64,000 nt of DNA, from assembly GCA_040954595.2 (NCBI GenBank), contig CM082576.2, positions 11,287,129-11,351,128 of the forward strand, written 5' to 3'. Source of the DNA: Balanoglossus misakiensis (lineage: Eukaryota; Animalia; Hemichordata). Of this stretch, positions 37,993 to 51,496 are shown piece by piece. A program made the position numbers and the translations under genes. Each line of letters starts with the position of its first letter. Positions within the stretch are counted from its first letter, which is position 1. The notes below the pieces were generated by a model, which saw nothing but the letters and a program-made list of their open reading frames with translations, searched no databases and was not told the DNA's origin.

Positions 37993-39492
37993 ATGATAAT
38001 GGTCGGAAAGCTTCACGAGAAAATCACCACAAATATACACAACAAGGAGATAACAGTGGCAAGTAGCCACCATGACAGCAAATTGTGTACAGAGTTTTCA
38101 GTGGTATATTGCGCCGCCAACAGTCTGATAGTATCGCTGGTTTGGACATCAATCGTTGCTGCCATATCATACTATTTTGTATATGTCCAAGAGGTATGCT
38201 CTTGCCATTATGTTTTTTTCAGATCAGTGTGTGTGTATGAATGTACATGTATGACTGATAGTGACAATGAATATGCAACAATAAATATCTCAAGCAGATT
38301 TGTTTTGTGGTCCACCTGAACATAGTACCTCCTGAGGGACTATGACCCGGAAGGCCTGAGACATTGCTTGATCTTACCATTGTCATAGACAAAATTACAG
38401 AAAAACCTCAAAATTTGACAGATGTGTTATTTTCATATTTTTCTTACAGAATACTAGTTGGCTCATGGTGGTTATTGGTGCAGCTCTTGTCTTAACATTT
38501 TTATATAACCATTTTGTAAAAGTTTCTAAAGGTAGGTCTGTTCATGAGAGTACCCATGTATTTTCAAATCCTGTTATGATTCACATAATTTTAAGCATGG
38601 AAATTCACAAGAATTACACATGAATGATAAAACGGCCCTTATTTTTTTTATCAGAATCCCTTTTAGTGATAGCATGCAGTGGAATACAGTTTTCCACAAC
38701 GTACAGAACAGGGAGGCAGAGGAGTGTGTTTATACCAATAGACTGTATCCAAGATGTGGTCATCAATGAAGGCATCACTATGGTAAGACACTCAGCAACC
38801 CTACTAGTAATAGATACTGATATTTGATATCTCTAACATACTACAGACTGTATACAAATGCGTATACTTTTGCATTGTCTGGTTCAAAGTTGTGCAATTT
38901 TCTGTCATATGTACATGACATGTAGATAGATGCACAAAATAAAATATGGAAATCTTCAGTGTGACTTTCACAGATTAACATAAGAGTGAACTAAAAAAAT
39001 ATTTGTTTCATTCATTTGATGAAGTGTATTTTCCTGGTTGACTAGATTAAAATTACCTTTTTTCTTCACAGCACAGTGTTATTTATTATCTTGTGGTGCT
39101 GATAAAAGATCCCAAAAGTCACAACCCCAAGTCATTGTTCCCATTATTTTTGGTAAGTGAATGTAGGTTTGTAAATATTGCTAGTACTCCAGTCAGCATT
39201 CAAAGTCGTCATTGTTATTTGGAATGTTTTGTATGTCGCATCATTTGGTTCTCAATACTGGTAATCTTTTGGGTTTATTGCCATTGTATGTCGAGATGTG
39301 ATTGCATTATCAAACTACAGCACTCTAGCCCAACCAAATACTAATGAGGATTACGTTTTGCCTTCATAATTACAGAAAACTTGTCCAAGAGTGGATTCTC
39401 TTAGGTTTATATATCAAGATGTACAAAGGATCCTGTGGATAAAACAGCAGCGTTTTCCTCAGACAGTGCCAAACAAGTTTTCGTTGCAGTAA
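37993..39492 (+). CDS. PIGH: GPI-GlcNAc transferase subunit H; exons 37993-38193, 38450-38531, 38655-38782, 39072-39152, 39376-39492
   Basis: Two TM helices, then ESLLVIACSGIQFSTTYRTGRQRSVFIPIDCIQDVVINEGITMHSVIYYLVVLIKD...LFPLFLKTCPRVDSLRFIYQDVQRIL. Confidence 0.92.
38321..38344. mobile_element. 24-bp CATAG...CTATG mini inverted repeat with a degenerate 7-bp flank duplication
   Basis: acctgaa|catagtacctc-ct-gagggactatg|acccgga; inverted repeat 10/11, flanks 5/7. Confidence 0.45.
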
Positions 39493-41694
39493 ACCATCTT
39501 TAACCCTTTCACCCCCAGTTCCCTCTTTAGAGGACAGGTCCAACCTTACCATAGGAAACAATGGGTTTGGAGTCGACCATGGTGGTGAAAGGGTTAAATG
39601 CTTCCTACAACAAATCAAACACTATTTACATTAAGTTCAAGGTATATATTTAATATGTTTTTTATTTTATTTTTGTATTAATTAAATGTGACATTTTTAT
39701 GTTATTTTTGTCTCAGTATTAGAATACTTCAGTTGAATATTTTCAGTGAGAACGAAACTCAGTTTTGTATTTTTTCTGGGCAGAAATTCATCAAGAGGCT
39801 TAGTACTATTTTAAAAATAAGAACTTTTATTGATGATGTGGTAAGATACATTTACAATACATAAATGGAGTCTGTCAGCCAACAATGTTTAAATCAGAGC
39901 ATATTGCATTGATGCTTTCTCATTTGTGTTCTTTTACCCTGTAAACATTTTTTCAATCATTATTATCATCAGACTTGAAAATCAGGAAATTTTGTATTCA
40001 GTGACTATCAATTTAACAATGAAGAGATAGGAAGAAAATGTCAGTTTTTGAAAACAAAATGCAAGTTGAAGTGTGTAGAGTACAGCTTTTATCTTTCCTT
40101 GATTGCCACATTGTGTGATGTTCTAAAGAATCCTTATAAATGGCACCAGCAGCTGCAATATAGACCATACTCCTGCACAAATATGTTTAGTTATAAAAAA
40201 TATGAAATTCTACTGTTCACCTTTTCTTATAAATGTCTTTGAGCCACATTTGTTACGGTATATCCTCTTCAGGAATGGAAACTTTCATTTCAACAGAAAC
40301 AATTTTCTTTATTTACAAAACCAGTGTCCAATTTTCAAAACATAAAAACTGTTCAAGAACAAACTCTGGTACATTTCAGTTTCATTGTAGACATTGAGAA
40401 TTTTAAATACATTGTATATTGCACTGAAATATTTTAAAGTCACTGTAAATTAATTGTTTATGCAATCTGTGAAATCAATCTGAATGTGTTTATTATAGAC
40501 ACCAAAGCTTGGTTGCATGACTTTCCCCTCATAACCCACTTTTTCTGAAATGGCAACTTTGCTATTGCAACCGGTATAACATGTCTGACTTGTTAACAGC
40601 AATACTCACTTTACAAATATTTTTGAACAACACATGGACATTTTGCAAAGTATTAAAACTGAAAATTGTGAAGACTAGATGTGATTGATTTTTTGTTTTC
40701 AAATGGGTATTTTTTGTGCTTTTAATGGAGAGGCAAATTGCAGACAGTGCCTTACATTTGCAAATAGTCACCAACATCCCCCTTGCAATACATGTTTATA
40801 CAACACACTATTCAAGTATTGCCCTTGTGACAGATGTCACCTAATTTATTTCAGAGAACATCTTCACTCTTCAGGAAAGACTGCTGCAGAAAAAATGAAC
40901 TACTCAAATGTCAACAACCAACCCTGTCAACAAATTTACAATTGCGTAGCTGACGTGCTGTGTTGAACCTCAGCATATGTGACAACTTATCAGCCTTGTG
41001 TGAATCAGAACTTTCTGAAGTGGACTAGAAATAGATCATCCAGCAACAATTGTATACGTCCTTGAATGGCTCCTTATATAAATTCATTTACCAGCAAAAT
41101 TATACCCATGAACTGTGTGTCGGGCTCGATTTAAATCTCTGTCCACATCTGCAGGGAGATGAACAACATCCTTTAAAAAAACCCAATTAATCCCAAGGTC
41201 TTTGAAAGACAAATTTTGCATGGTAGGTGATGGTCCTTTGATTGTATCACGGCAGAAATTTTGGACTTCCTGGTTTTCACAGTACTCACAACTGACAGTT
41301 CAATGGCCAGTTTTCATCTGACCCCCTTGCCTCCGTGGTTTGGTCCAATTCCAGTGTTTTCTAAGGTTAAGTTGGACCTCTACAGACTGAGGGAAATGGG
41401 GGTGGAGGGTTTAAAATGTGAGCAACCAGTATGAAGGTGATGGGAAGGCAGTTTGCCGGTCAGTTTCGAAAATGGAAGTGTTGTCTGCCATTGTGTTGTG
41501 AAAGTGTATGACTTACAATAAGACTAGGGTAGTGACTATAAAAACTTTTTACTGTATTCGACAAATAAAAATATATAACTAATGAAAATGAATTTATGTA
41601 AGCAGCCAGTGCAAACTTAACATGTATTTTGTTGTATTTTATGTAACACAACCGAAACATCTCCTCTCCATTGACAGATTTTTATTGCAAAGAT

Positions 41695-44600
41695 TTATTC
41701 TCTTATGCCGTCCATGAGAGGTTGGAGAACCTGGCTGTACAGCACCGAGAGAGTCCACAGCAGAAACATGTAAGAGACGTTGACAGTCAAAATCCGCCAG
41801 AAACACAGTTCCACTTTTCGGGGATTCTTGCTCGTCTTGCAGTTCAGCTCCTCTGTCGGAAACTGGCCAGTACTGTAGAAATGTGACAACATCTGCTCTT
41901 TCTCGACGAACCGCTGGTACATCCACCCGAGGAGGGCGTCTTGGTCGGTGGGCACGTCCGCGATGGGGTAGTATCTGTAGTGCACCACCGTGGAGCTGGG
42001 CTCCCTCCATCCGCCGACCCAGGTTTGCACGTTCATGGGTGTGATGTCGGGGTAACCAGGGAAACCGATGGTGATGTCGATCACCCATTTTAGTGTGCTT
42101 CCTTGAGGGATAATTTCATAAAAGAAAATGAATTAGAATCTCAGACCATGTTTGGTGCATTTTGATTCAAACATGGGATGAAAGATTGATTTGTAGTCTG
42201 CCTAATGTTTAATAATATTTGTGGATTCTTACTGTTGGTAGATTTGGGTCCATTCTGCATGGGTTCTCTGAGCGTTGACAGAATTGTCTTCATAGCACCA
42301 ATCCGAGGCAAAGTTATGTGCTCTAAAATGGGTAAATTATTGCACTTTGCATACCTGAAAAAAAAAAGTTGTGTATTCATTGAAAAAAAAGATGGCCTTA
42401 AAATTCCTTTTAAGAGTCAAATAAGACATTTCGGAAATGACAAGTATATATTTAAATACTGGTCGAAGCCAATTAATGTGTGCAATACATGTTGTGAGGT
42501 TTCCCATTTATTGTCATCAAAAAACTTTCACTAGGGCTTCAATATCAAAAGCTCAATCTGGGTTCCAGCAAAGAAATAACACAATTGTGTTTCAAATTTC
42601 CAACTCCCTAACAACAAACAAAAGCTTCACAGTCTTTGATGCGCCGTAAAACTTACTTTTGGTTTGCAGCCCTTCTTTTTCTCAGAAACCCTCCCTCTGG
42701 AAACAAAAGTATCCACTTCCTGTCTCTGCTGTGGTAAGTTTTCCGCAGGTGGTCCCCGAGCAGCTTGATCTGTAAGTCTCTGTACTGTTTACCCTGCAAA
42801 GCCGTCCACAGAGAAATTGGGCATTTATAACAACGTCATACTGGACTGACAAGGGAAGAATTAATTTGGCCAGTGTGCGCGAGAAAGTGTTTTGTAATTT
42901 GTTTAGTGCTTTTTCGAGTGATGAAAAATTGATCTGCATTCTAATCTACTAAACCATCCTGGGATCCACAACATGATTGACCACCCCCCCTCCCCCCCCC
43001 CCCCCCCCCATCACTTCCCAGACAAACATACCTGTTGAATGAAGAAATCTCCGTGGAAAAATGATACCGGTCCAAAACTAGGTGCAATTAAAAATAGCCT
43101 GTCTATAAGCCACATGATTCTGGGTAGTACGGGACCCTTGTCTTGCAAGCATGTCATTAGAGTCAGAACATCCCCAGTGGATTGATGGTTCACCATGACA
43201 ACCGCTTCATCATCCTGTATCCCAGTGATATCTTCTCCAGTCTCCACAACTGAAATAAAAATGCAGTATGTTATAATCACTGTATTTTGATTGATAATAA
43301 ATTGAACAAAACTAGGAACACTGATATATTGATAATTTTAAATTTTATGAGCAAATAGTTTTCCCCTCTAGTGACTTCCAAATCAAATGTATGATATTTC
43401 CTCGTAACAAAGACTGATCCCTTTTCTTTCGGCATGATGGATGATGAGATATGATGTCTTGATGATGTCATTTTTTTGTTCTGAACTGAACATCATCATT
43501 GAACCAATTGCCTATTATTCCCAATACACTGATAGACGATTCTGGTACTTCCTATTTCGATCAGGGAAGATTTCATATTGGCATTTACTGAAATACTCAT
43601 GGTATATATACACTTTATTCATTAATCTATGGGATATGTGGAAAGTGCTCAAAGGTATTGTGCACTTTCCATTCCCGGAAGTCAGTCTTATAAGCAATGC
43701 ATTATCATGAAATCCGAGGTCACAGAATGACACACATTTCCTATATTTCTGCAGCTGGATGCATATTTTGCCATTCCACTTCAATAATTTAGTGGAAACT
43801 CAAAGGCAAAATCCTGCAACTCACTCTCAAACAGTTTTGTGAATTCTGACGTTATGATCGACGTACGGCTCAAATCTCTTGTGGTTTGATGATGTTGCAT
43901 TGCTTCAATATAAGCATGCAATAATTTGATCAATACAATATCATTACAATCACTTTGATGAATATACTAAGTATTCATTTTTTTATGTTTTATAATGCCA
44001 TTTCAGAATTTTTGAATGAAAGTAACAGGAAGCGTCTGCCAGCTACTTTTGTGCAGACTGTTTTCCATTCAGTTTGAGTCCCAAAGGAAAAAACCCACGT
44101 CAGCAAATTGGCAAGAGCTGCTTGAATTAGACAAAACTTACGTCAATGACTGTATATGACCTCTTACCATGTAAATGTCAGGGATGAACTTTCCATTAGT
44201 GATATAAATTGACAGAATAGAGCACTTAAGCTCAGCATAAATTCATCAAGGAAAACATACAAATTTAAAATCAAAACTGGCTGCAAACGATTTTAACAGT
44301 GCAGGTAAATGGGGTTTGGGGTGCTGTCAGACTGGATAATACTAAAATACAAGTAATGATGCAGTGCTGTCTCATGGATGATGACTGATATATGCACAAT
44401 ACAGCATTTTGCTGTCTGGTACCACTGTTAATTAAACTATAGTCTAAAATTAAGCAAAATTACTCTTCTCAATAACACAGTTGGAATAGGATACCCGAGT
44501 CAGTTTTATGAAATCTGTGTCCAAATTTATTATATTTTAATATACAAAAAATTGCTGATAAACATACTGATGTTAGATTGACATATGTAGTTTACAGTTC

Positions 44601-47017
44601 AGTAACAAGGATAGCTTCATGTTTTATTTATGATTGTATAGAGAAATGCATAAATTGACAGTAGAGAGTTGTATCAATTTGTCTGCAAGTATAATGGCCA
44701 GGAGCACTGGGGTGCAAAGAGGCAAATAAAAGGGAAAATCTTAACACATCCAGGGCACTTCCACCTCATAAACAGCTTTTCCTCACATTTTGAAGACAGG
44801 GAAAACTTATGACCAGAAACGTATATTTTTCACCAGATTTTTCTGTGTATAAAGGTAACCTATACTTCAATCGGTCATACACCACTGAACATCACAAATA
44901 GACTGACCAAACAAAAGCGTAACTGATGAAGTGATGAAATTAGTGAAATGATATTTTCCAATGCAATAGATCCACTTTTGGTGCAGTTTGTGTGTGTGTG
45001 TACTTCCATTCAGCCATTTTTCACAAATTTCTATATTCAGATCTTAATAAAATATCATATATGTTCTGTAATGGTGCTAATGTTACCTCACTATAATCAT
45101 CACAAAATCTATAACCTTTTCAGAAAATAACTGCATTACTCTTTTCCTTGATTCACATTTGAACTGATAACGTTCAATTCTATTTTACAGTGACAATATA
45201 TATAAATCAATTGGTACTACGTACGTCTTATGATAATTATGTCACTGTCTGTTTGGTTAATTACCATATTGTCGCAGTAGTGGCATCGTAATACCATTTT
45301 TCTTTCTGATTACTATTTTATTGGAAAATAAAGTGCTAAAAATGACTGAAAAAAGTCCAAACTGCCAGCTTTTTATATTTTTAAAAATCACTCTTGTTTT
45401 ACTAGTACATCTCCTGGTAACCAGCACTTCCAAACGTCACAGCATGGCAGTAAAAATAAGTTGCCATTTCATACAGAGTAATTGTGGTCTCAAAAAATAC
45501 CTTGCAAAGTTATCAGTAGGGTGTCAGGCAGAATTTGGTAAGTGAAAATTTACAATTCCCAGAAAAGATAGACTAGAACTCGTTGGATTGAAAAAAAGCA
45601 AACTTCTTAAAGTGCAAAGAAATCCTCCATTTCTCCTTTATTTCCCTTTTAAGATGACCTTGATATAAATCTTTTTTTTTTCCTCGTTTAACCTCTCTGC
45701 TGTTCAAATTCAACTATCACAATGCAGTAATTCACCACTGCAAGAAATCGTTTACAGTCAAAAGAAACAATCACATGATAGGTATTCTTTTAAAAAGGCA
45801 AAGGGAAATGACCTTCCCGGCAATTTGTATTCCCCAGAGGTTTGTGTACCTTTTATGTCTCTATTTCAGATACCAATCAATATTTGCATTGTGCAAGTAT
45901 TCATGTAATATATTAATCAAATAGAAATCTGCAGTTTTTTTCATTGGAATGCCATTTCTGTTGTGAATGGAATCCTTTCGAAAAAGTGAACTGTCGAGAC
46001 CTAGAGATCAATTCTTTAATCTTTCCTGAAATAATGAATTACTCAAACAGTTTGTTTATCAAATTTTTATCAAGACACTCCAACTTGCCTTTATTCAACC
46101 AACCACTCACTGCAAATTTTTACCCAATTTACAAACAGACAATCATTTTGATTTACCCTTTATATATTCAAACAAATTCCTGGTCAAAATATGACGTGAA
46201 TCATAGCATGATAAACATGTAATAAGGTGAGTTTTAGACAATGGAATGTTTCTTTTAAATACATGTATGGGAAATCTGTAAAAATTTAGGTCAATTTTTT
46301 ACACTGATATTAAATGAATTGCTTTTGTCCAGTATAAAGCATTGTGCTCATTTAAAAAAATAAAATCAAAGCTTTCATCTACCTCAAATGTCACATAGCC
46401 AAATTATTCATAATTTCTTTAACCATTAGAAAGTAAAAAAAAAAAATAACAGAAGAAATGCAATAATTACACATAAAATATACAAGACTGCATAAGGCAG
46501 GCAATTTATTTTTCTAGCCCAAGGGCCAAAACACTACCATTTTCCATCAGAATATACAATGTAGCTGATGGTCTCTTTTGTTAAGAGTGCCCCATTGAAT
46601 GACAGTATAGTCTGCAGTATCATGCTGTAATATTCTACATGTAGATTGGAATACATATCTAACAGCAAAAATATGACTATTTAATACTTTTATGCAAATA
46701 AGACACAAAAAATGCATAAATGACATATATTTGTGCAAATTATTAATACATGCCCATGAAACTGACATTTTCACATTACCTGTGTAGCCAGCCGACCATC
46801 CCCACGATGCCACAATGACAATCAGCCACTTGAACAAGACGCCTTCCACCGTCCAGTAGAGCTTGGGATGCAGCCAGCGCAGCGGCAGCAACAGCAGCAT
46901 GTAGCTGAAGTATGCCACAAGGTAGATGTGCTGAGAGAGGATGATCAAGAACCGTAGCATCACCTTGCAGGCCAGGAGGACGTGTCTCGCCAGACAGGGC
47001 AGTGCAGCCATCATCAT
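41695..47017 (-). CDS. LPGAT1: Acyl-CoA:lysophosphatidylglycerol acyltransferase 1; exons approx. 47017-46780, 43249-43032, 42793-42657, 42354-42233, 42101-41695
   Basis: PKLYWTVEGVLFKW..VASWGWSAGYT; acyltransferase motif VNHQSTGDV; HGDFFIQQG; LFPEGGFLRKRR; HITLPRIGAM; WVIDITIG..VHYRYYPI..WMYQRFVEKEQMLSHFYSTGQFP. Confidence 0.95.
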
Positions 47018-50000
47018 CCTTGCGCTGCAGTGTTTTAGAGTCAAGATCAGCTGCTGATGTCGGTGTGTGTATAAGCCGCAGCTATAAGTCTCATGTAGTC
47101 ACGTCTGCAAGTCAGTGCAGCCGAGGAGAAATGAAGTTGTTATCGATCTGGCAGGAATAACGAAACTGCTGTGATTATATTAGCCACCATTGTGCTGCGT
47201 TTACCATATCACTTTCCACTCAGATCAACTTTGGTGCCATTTTTGCTGAGAATTACAAAATGCACCCCAGAATTCTCCTAATTTAAGGGTTGTCGTTGAC
47301 GACGTCCATCTGTTGAAATTTGCATGGATGCAAACTGCATGTAATGCAAATTCTCCTCGAGGTTAACCGGCGGTTACAAAGAAGATGAAAAAAAAATTGC
47401 TCTTATTGGATGAGTTGTCCTCCTTTGAATGCAGAGCACATCAGGGATTAGATGTAGCTCCAATGCAAATATCTTTTAATGAGATAGATCTTATATAGGC
47501 AGGAATGTTCCATTCCTGCCACAGGGGTTTGCATTCTTCTCATTATATGCTTCCTCTGTCATCTGTCGAACAGTGAATTATCTTACAATTTATAACACAA
47601 TGCAGATATTAATGATAATGTATAGCCATTACCTTTTTTTGTAAAAAAAAATTCTTGATTGCCATTCCGAGAATATATGTCAATTGAACCAACATGAAAT
47701 TGGCAAATCTGTGATTATATGCAGCTGCAACACCAGATTCACTGAAATGTGAACATTTTCCATCCATGGCAAATTTATTATGGTAATTAAATCAATTTAA
47801 ATCATTGAAAGTAAACGCAGGTTGACCATCATGTAGAGGTGAGTGCAGCTTTTCAGCTTTAAACTGAACAGACAAACGGGCATTATACTCACTGAAGCTG
47901 TTCCTCTGATTTGCACATCAAATCATTCATGACAATACAATGCCACAAAACTGGAATTGTAGGAAAATATCCGCAGTCTTTGAGCCTTCAGTTTAGTCGA
48001 GGAATAGCATGTGAAGTGAAAGAAACAGGGGAATTGTAAACAGATGTTCACTTATAATCCCAACAAGGTCTATCTGAAAACTAGCTGTATGCGTTGCCGA
48101 AACTGGTAATTTAATAGTTTGTGCAAAATGGCTGAATGGAACTAGCTCACACCTAAGTAGATCTATTTAATTGAAACAACAGAACCAACATATCATTTCA
48201 CTATATTATCTCCAGTACATTGTTTCTTAATTGTCATCAAAAATATTTTTGTTGCGGTTTTATTGCGAAGTTCACTGGTATGACCGTGATATATACTAAA
48301 AATGTATATATATGTATATTTCTGATCATATAGTTTTCCCTGCTTTCAATCTCAGTGATGTAATGCTACTGTGAGGAACTGAGCTGCTTGCAAAATTTTG
48401 GTTGCTTTTTATGAGGTCTAAGTGCCCTGGATGTGTCAAGATTTCCCTTTTTACTTGCCTCTTTGCGCATGGCCTCATACTCACAGAAAAATTGAAACAA
48501 TGTAACTCTATACTGTCAATTTATGTATTTCCCTGTGTATGAGTGATAAATAAAATATGAACATAATCTTGTTACTGCAACGTAAATTACATCTGTCAAT
48601 CTAAAATTCTCAATCTAAATTCATATGTCAATCTCAGTCTGAAAAACATTCATTACATCAGCCTGTTCCCTTACAAAGTGTTTCAATCTATTTTCAGATG
48701 TTGTACCACACACTGATGCAGGAAATCATATTAAGATTCTTGTCTTGCTGTTTTGGTTCTAAGTTTGCGTGGGTGCTCTGCATGGATGTATGAAAATAAC
48801 ATGCTTTATGTATTTTTAGCCTTGTGATGTTGTTTATAGCGTTGAATCTTGACATGCTTTTAGATCACAGCTGAAGAAGCTTCAATCTGGACTTTAGAGT
48901 CACCTCCAGTGGGAAGACCCACAAGGTTGACATGTGGTGTCATTCACACCTCCAGGAGTTTTGAATTACCACACAGCTTCTGTATAGATCGACTGTCAAA
49001 TTTACAAATACCCATTCAGCAGTATATGCATCATCATCCGAGATTGCAAAATATTCATTACCAGTAGATGCCAAAGGCAATTACGGTAATATGAAAACAC
49101 AAACCCATTGAAAAACACACACACACATGCATGCACTCACCATTAAGCAATTATTCAAATGATATTTTCACAGTGTTGCTGCTGCCTAGTAAGTATACAC
49201 ATATTCATAGAATACAAGTGTATCAACGGTGCTTTGAATTGCTTCATGCATTGTGGGGGCTTCTAATGTTAACGGCATGCAAGCAGTGGCCACCCACTAC
49301 GATTCAACTACCGGTATCTGGGCCACCTTTTATGCAATATTACAAGAAGCCTTACAGACCATTCCAATTCTGTAAAAAACAACTGTGAGAGTGTAGTCTG
49401 ACCACCCTTTGTGTATCAACAGAATAATTAAACTATTTCAATAAACAGGAACCTCCCAGGCAGTGCGTGTGCGTGTGGGAGAGAACATTAAACCCCAGAC
49501 TGATTATCTATATTTAAACACACACACAAAAACACAACAAAACTGATTTTGAGATAAATATGCTGATTTATTCCACGATGTTTTCAAATATAAGCCCAGG
49601 TTTATAAAAATGTCTCTATGTGTCACACAAAAAGATTACATTTTTGCCGGTATGAAACACACAAAAAGTCTTCACATAATTTATAAAAACAACTATTGAG
49701 ATCAAACTAAAATTGGAAGAATGGGTTGCAATATTTAATTTCGAATCAATGTACATGTAGGTGTTGTGAGGAATGACTTTGCATTTGCACACTTGTAGTA
49801 TTTAAGTTAAACAATTGTGACCTGACATCTTCAAGAATTTTGCATCACTGAGTAAGAAAAAAAGAAAAGGTGACAAGAGCCAAACACACAGGTCAGTGTT
49901 CTATTAATCTTTTAATCAATAAATTTAATGTAATTTTACCCATCAGTTTAATACATGTAGCTCATTTACATTGTAAATGGACCATTCTATAAATCAAAGT

Positions 50001-50169
50001 TAGATAATAAAATTCTGATAATACTTTTTTAAAAAAGCCAGCTATTGGGGTTTTAATCAGAAAGTTTTATTGACAGGGAAACTAATTTTGGTAGTAAGTG
50101 TGAAAATATAACATATTGATTGTATTCTTGAGTTTATGGAAAGGAGCTCTTAAAAACGATAGAACTGAG

Positions 50170-50383
50170 TACGCTGTCTGATAGCTGGCGTGATCCCTCG
50201 GGATATGTCACGTGAAACAAATTATCCAATCACCAAGTACGTACGTTTCCGAAACGTACAGCCGCCATCTTTTACCGTGAACTGTGCGTGGTGTTGTGTC
50301 TTCATTAGTTGAGAAGGAAATTGTTGGTAATTTCGGAACTTTATTCAACAGTTTATTCACATTTGCCTTCAACATACCTTGGA
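50170..50383. promoter_or_regulatory. Probable bidirectional promoter LPGAT1/CREBZF
   Basis: GTCACGTGA (50207), CCAAT (50226), palindrome GTACGTTTC-C-GAAACGTAC (50241-50259), and YY1 motif AAGATGGCGGC on the minus strand (50271-50261) pointing toward LPGAT1. Confidence 0.55.
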
Positions 50384-51496
50384 ATGAGTGTGTTGGTTTC
50401 ACCTGTGATGTCTTTCAATTGCAGTGACCGCACTTACGCCGACTGTCTGAGCGCAGACAGTGACTGTGTCGATGTCACAGATCTGGTTGGCCTGGACGGC
50501 ACTGGAAGCGAAAGCGAGCTGGAGTTGTTTCCAGATTTGGTCGGCATACAGGGCATTGGTACCTGTGTGTCCGCGGGCCGCCAGCAAAAAGAGGGTTCTC
50601 GGGTTAGTCTCAACCCTGGAAATAAGAAGGGTCCGGTCATCAAAATAAAAATGGAAACGCAAGACGACGAAAAGTTGCTGATGGAATATCTGCTGGGCAA
50701 ATCGAACAATAACGACAGTCCTACCCTGGAACTTGTCACAGAGAAGACCTCGTCGCCTTCACAGTCAGGTATGTCGGGAGACTCCACGATAACAATTGCC
50801 AGCGACACAACGGGTTCGCCACCAAACGAAACGACAAACTCAGCCGTAGAGAACGCAGCCAGTAACGCTGGTATGTCACAAGAATTACCTTGTGGAGATT
50901 TTCTCAACAAAAACGCCCTGAATGCCCGGCTGAACCGACTGAAGAAAAAGAGATACATGGAGGAACTGGAGACCTCTGTGAACAACCTGTCTTCAGAAAA
51001 TGCCGTGCTCAAATCGCAGACAGGAACGCTGTCGGCGAAGATTGAAGCCCTTGAGACTGAACTCGAGTATTTGAAGGGAGTGCTTGTGAATCAGAGCGAA
51101 CTGGCATCGTTGCTTTCCAACATAGGCAACACGCCAGGTGTGAAATTCCACAGTACGCTGTTTGGCAAGGAACAGACGCCGAAAGAACCATCGCCAGGGA
51201 GGAAGAGGAAACTGGATGAACTCGAAAGCAGTGACTGTAATGTCCGTGTTACCCGGGCAATGAAAGCAGCACAAAGTGATGCAAGCAAAGACACTGTGTT
51301 GGAGTCATCGCTGACCTGTCAGTGTGATCAGACAGACACCGGCGCCAAAGTAGATCTGCCCCAACCATCGGAGGCAGCCGGTGTTTGCCTGCATGTTTCC
51401 AAGGGCACAGTGACATTGGAGTTCTGTTCCAGGTGTAACAGCATTGCAAGGGATGCGAGAAAGGACGACGCAGTCGGAGGTGGAAGACAGAAGTAG
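50384..51496 (+). CDS. CREBZF: CREB/ATF bZIP transcription factor (Zhangfei-like), intronless
   Basis: Basic region NKNALNARLNRLKKKRYMEELE, leucine zipper ...LEYLKGVLVNQSELASLL, and the CREBZF-type C-terminal GVCLHVSKGTVTLEFCSRC. First ATG at 50384. Confidence 0.9.
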   Translation: MSVLVSPVMSFNCSDRTYADCLSADSDCVDVTDLVGLDGTGSESELELFPDLVGIQGIGTCVSAGRQQKEGSRVSLNPGNKKGPVIKIKMETQDDEKLLMEYLLGKSNNNDSPTLELVTEKTSSPSQSGMSGDSTITIASDTTGSPPNETTNSAVENAASNAGMSQELPCGDFLNKNALNARLNRLKKKRYMEELETSVNNLSSENAVLKSQTGTLSAKIEALETELEYLKGVLVNQSELASLLSNIGNTPGVKFHSTLFGKEQTPKEPSPGRKRKLDELESSDCNVRVTRAMKAAQSDASKDTVLESSLTCQCDQTDTGAKVDLPQPSEAAGVCLHVSKGTVTLEFCSRCNSIARDARKDDAVGGGRQK

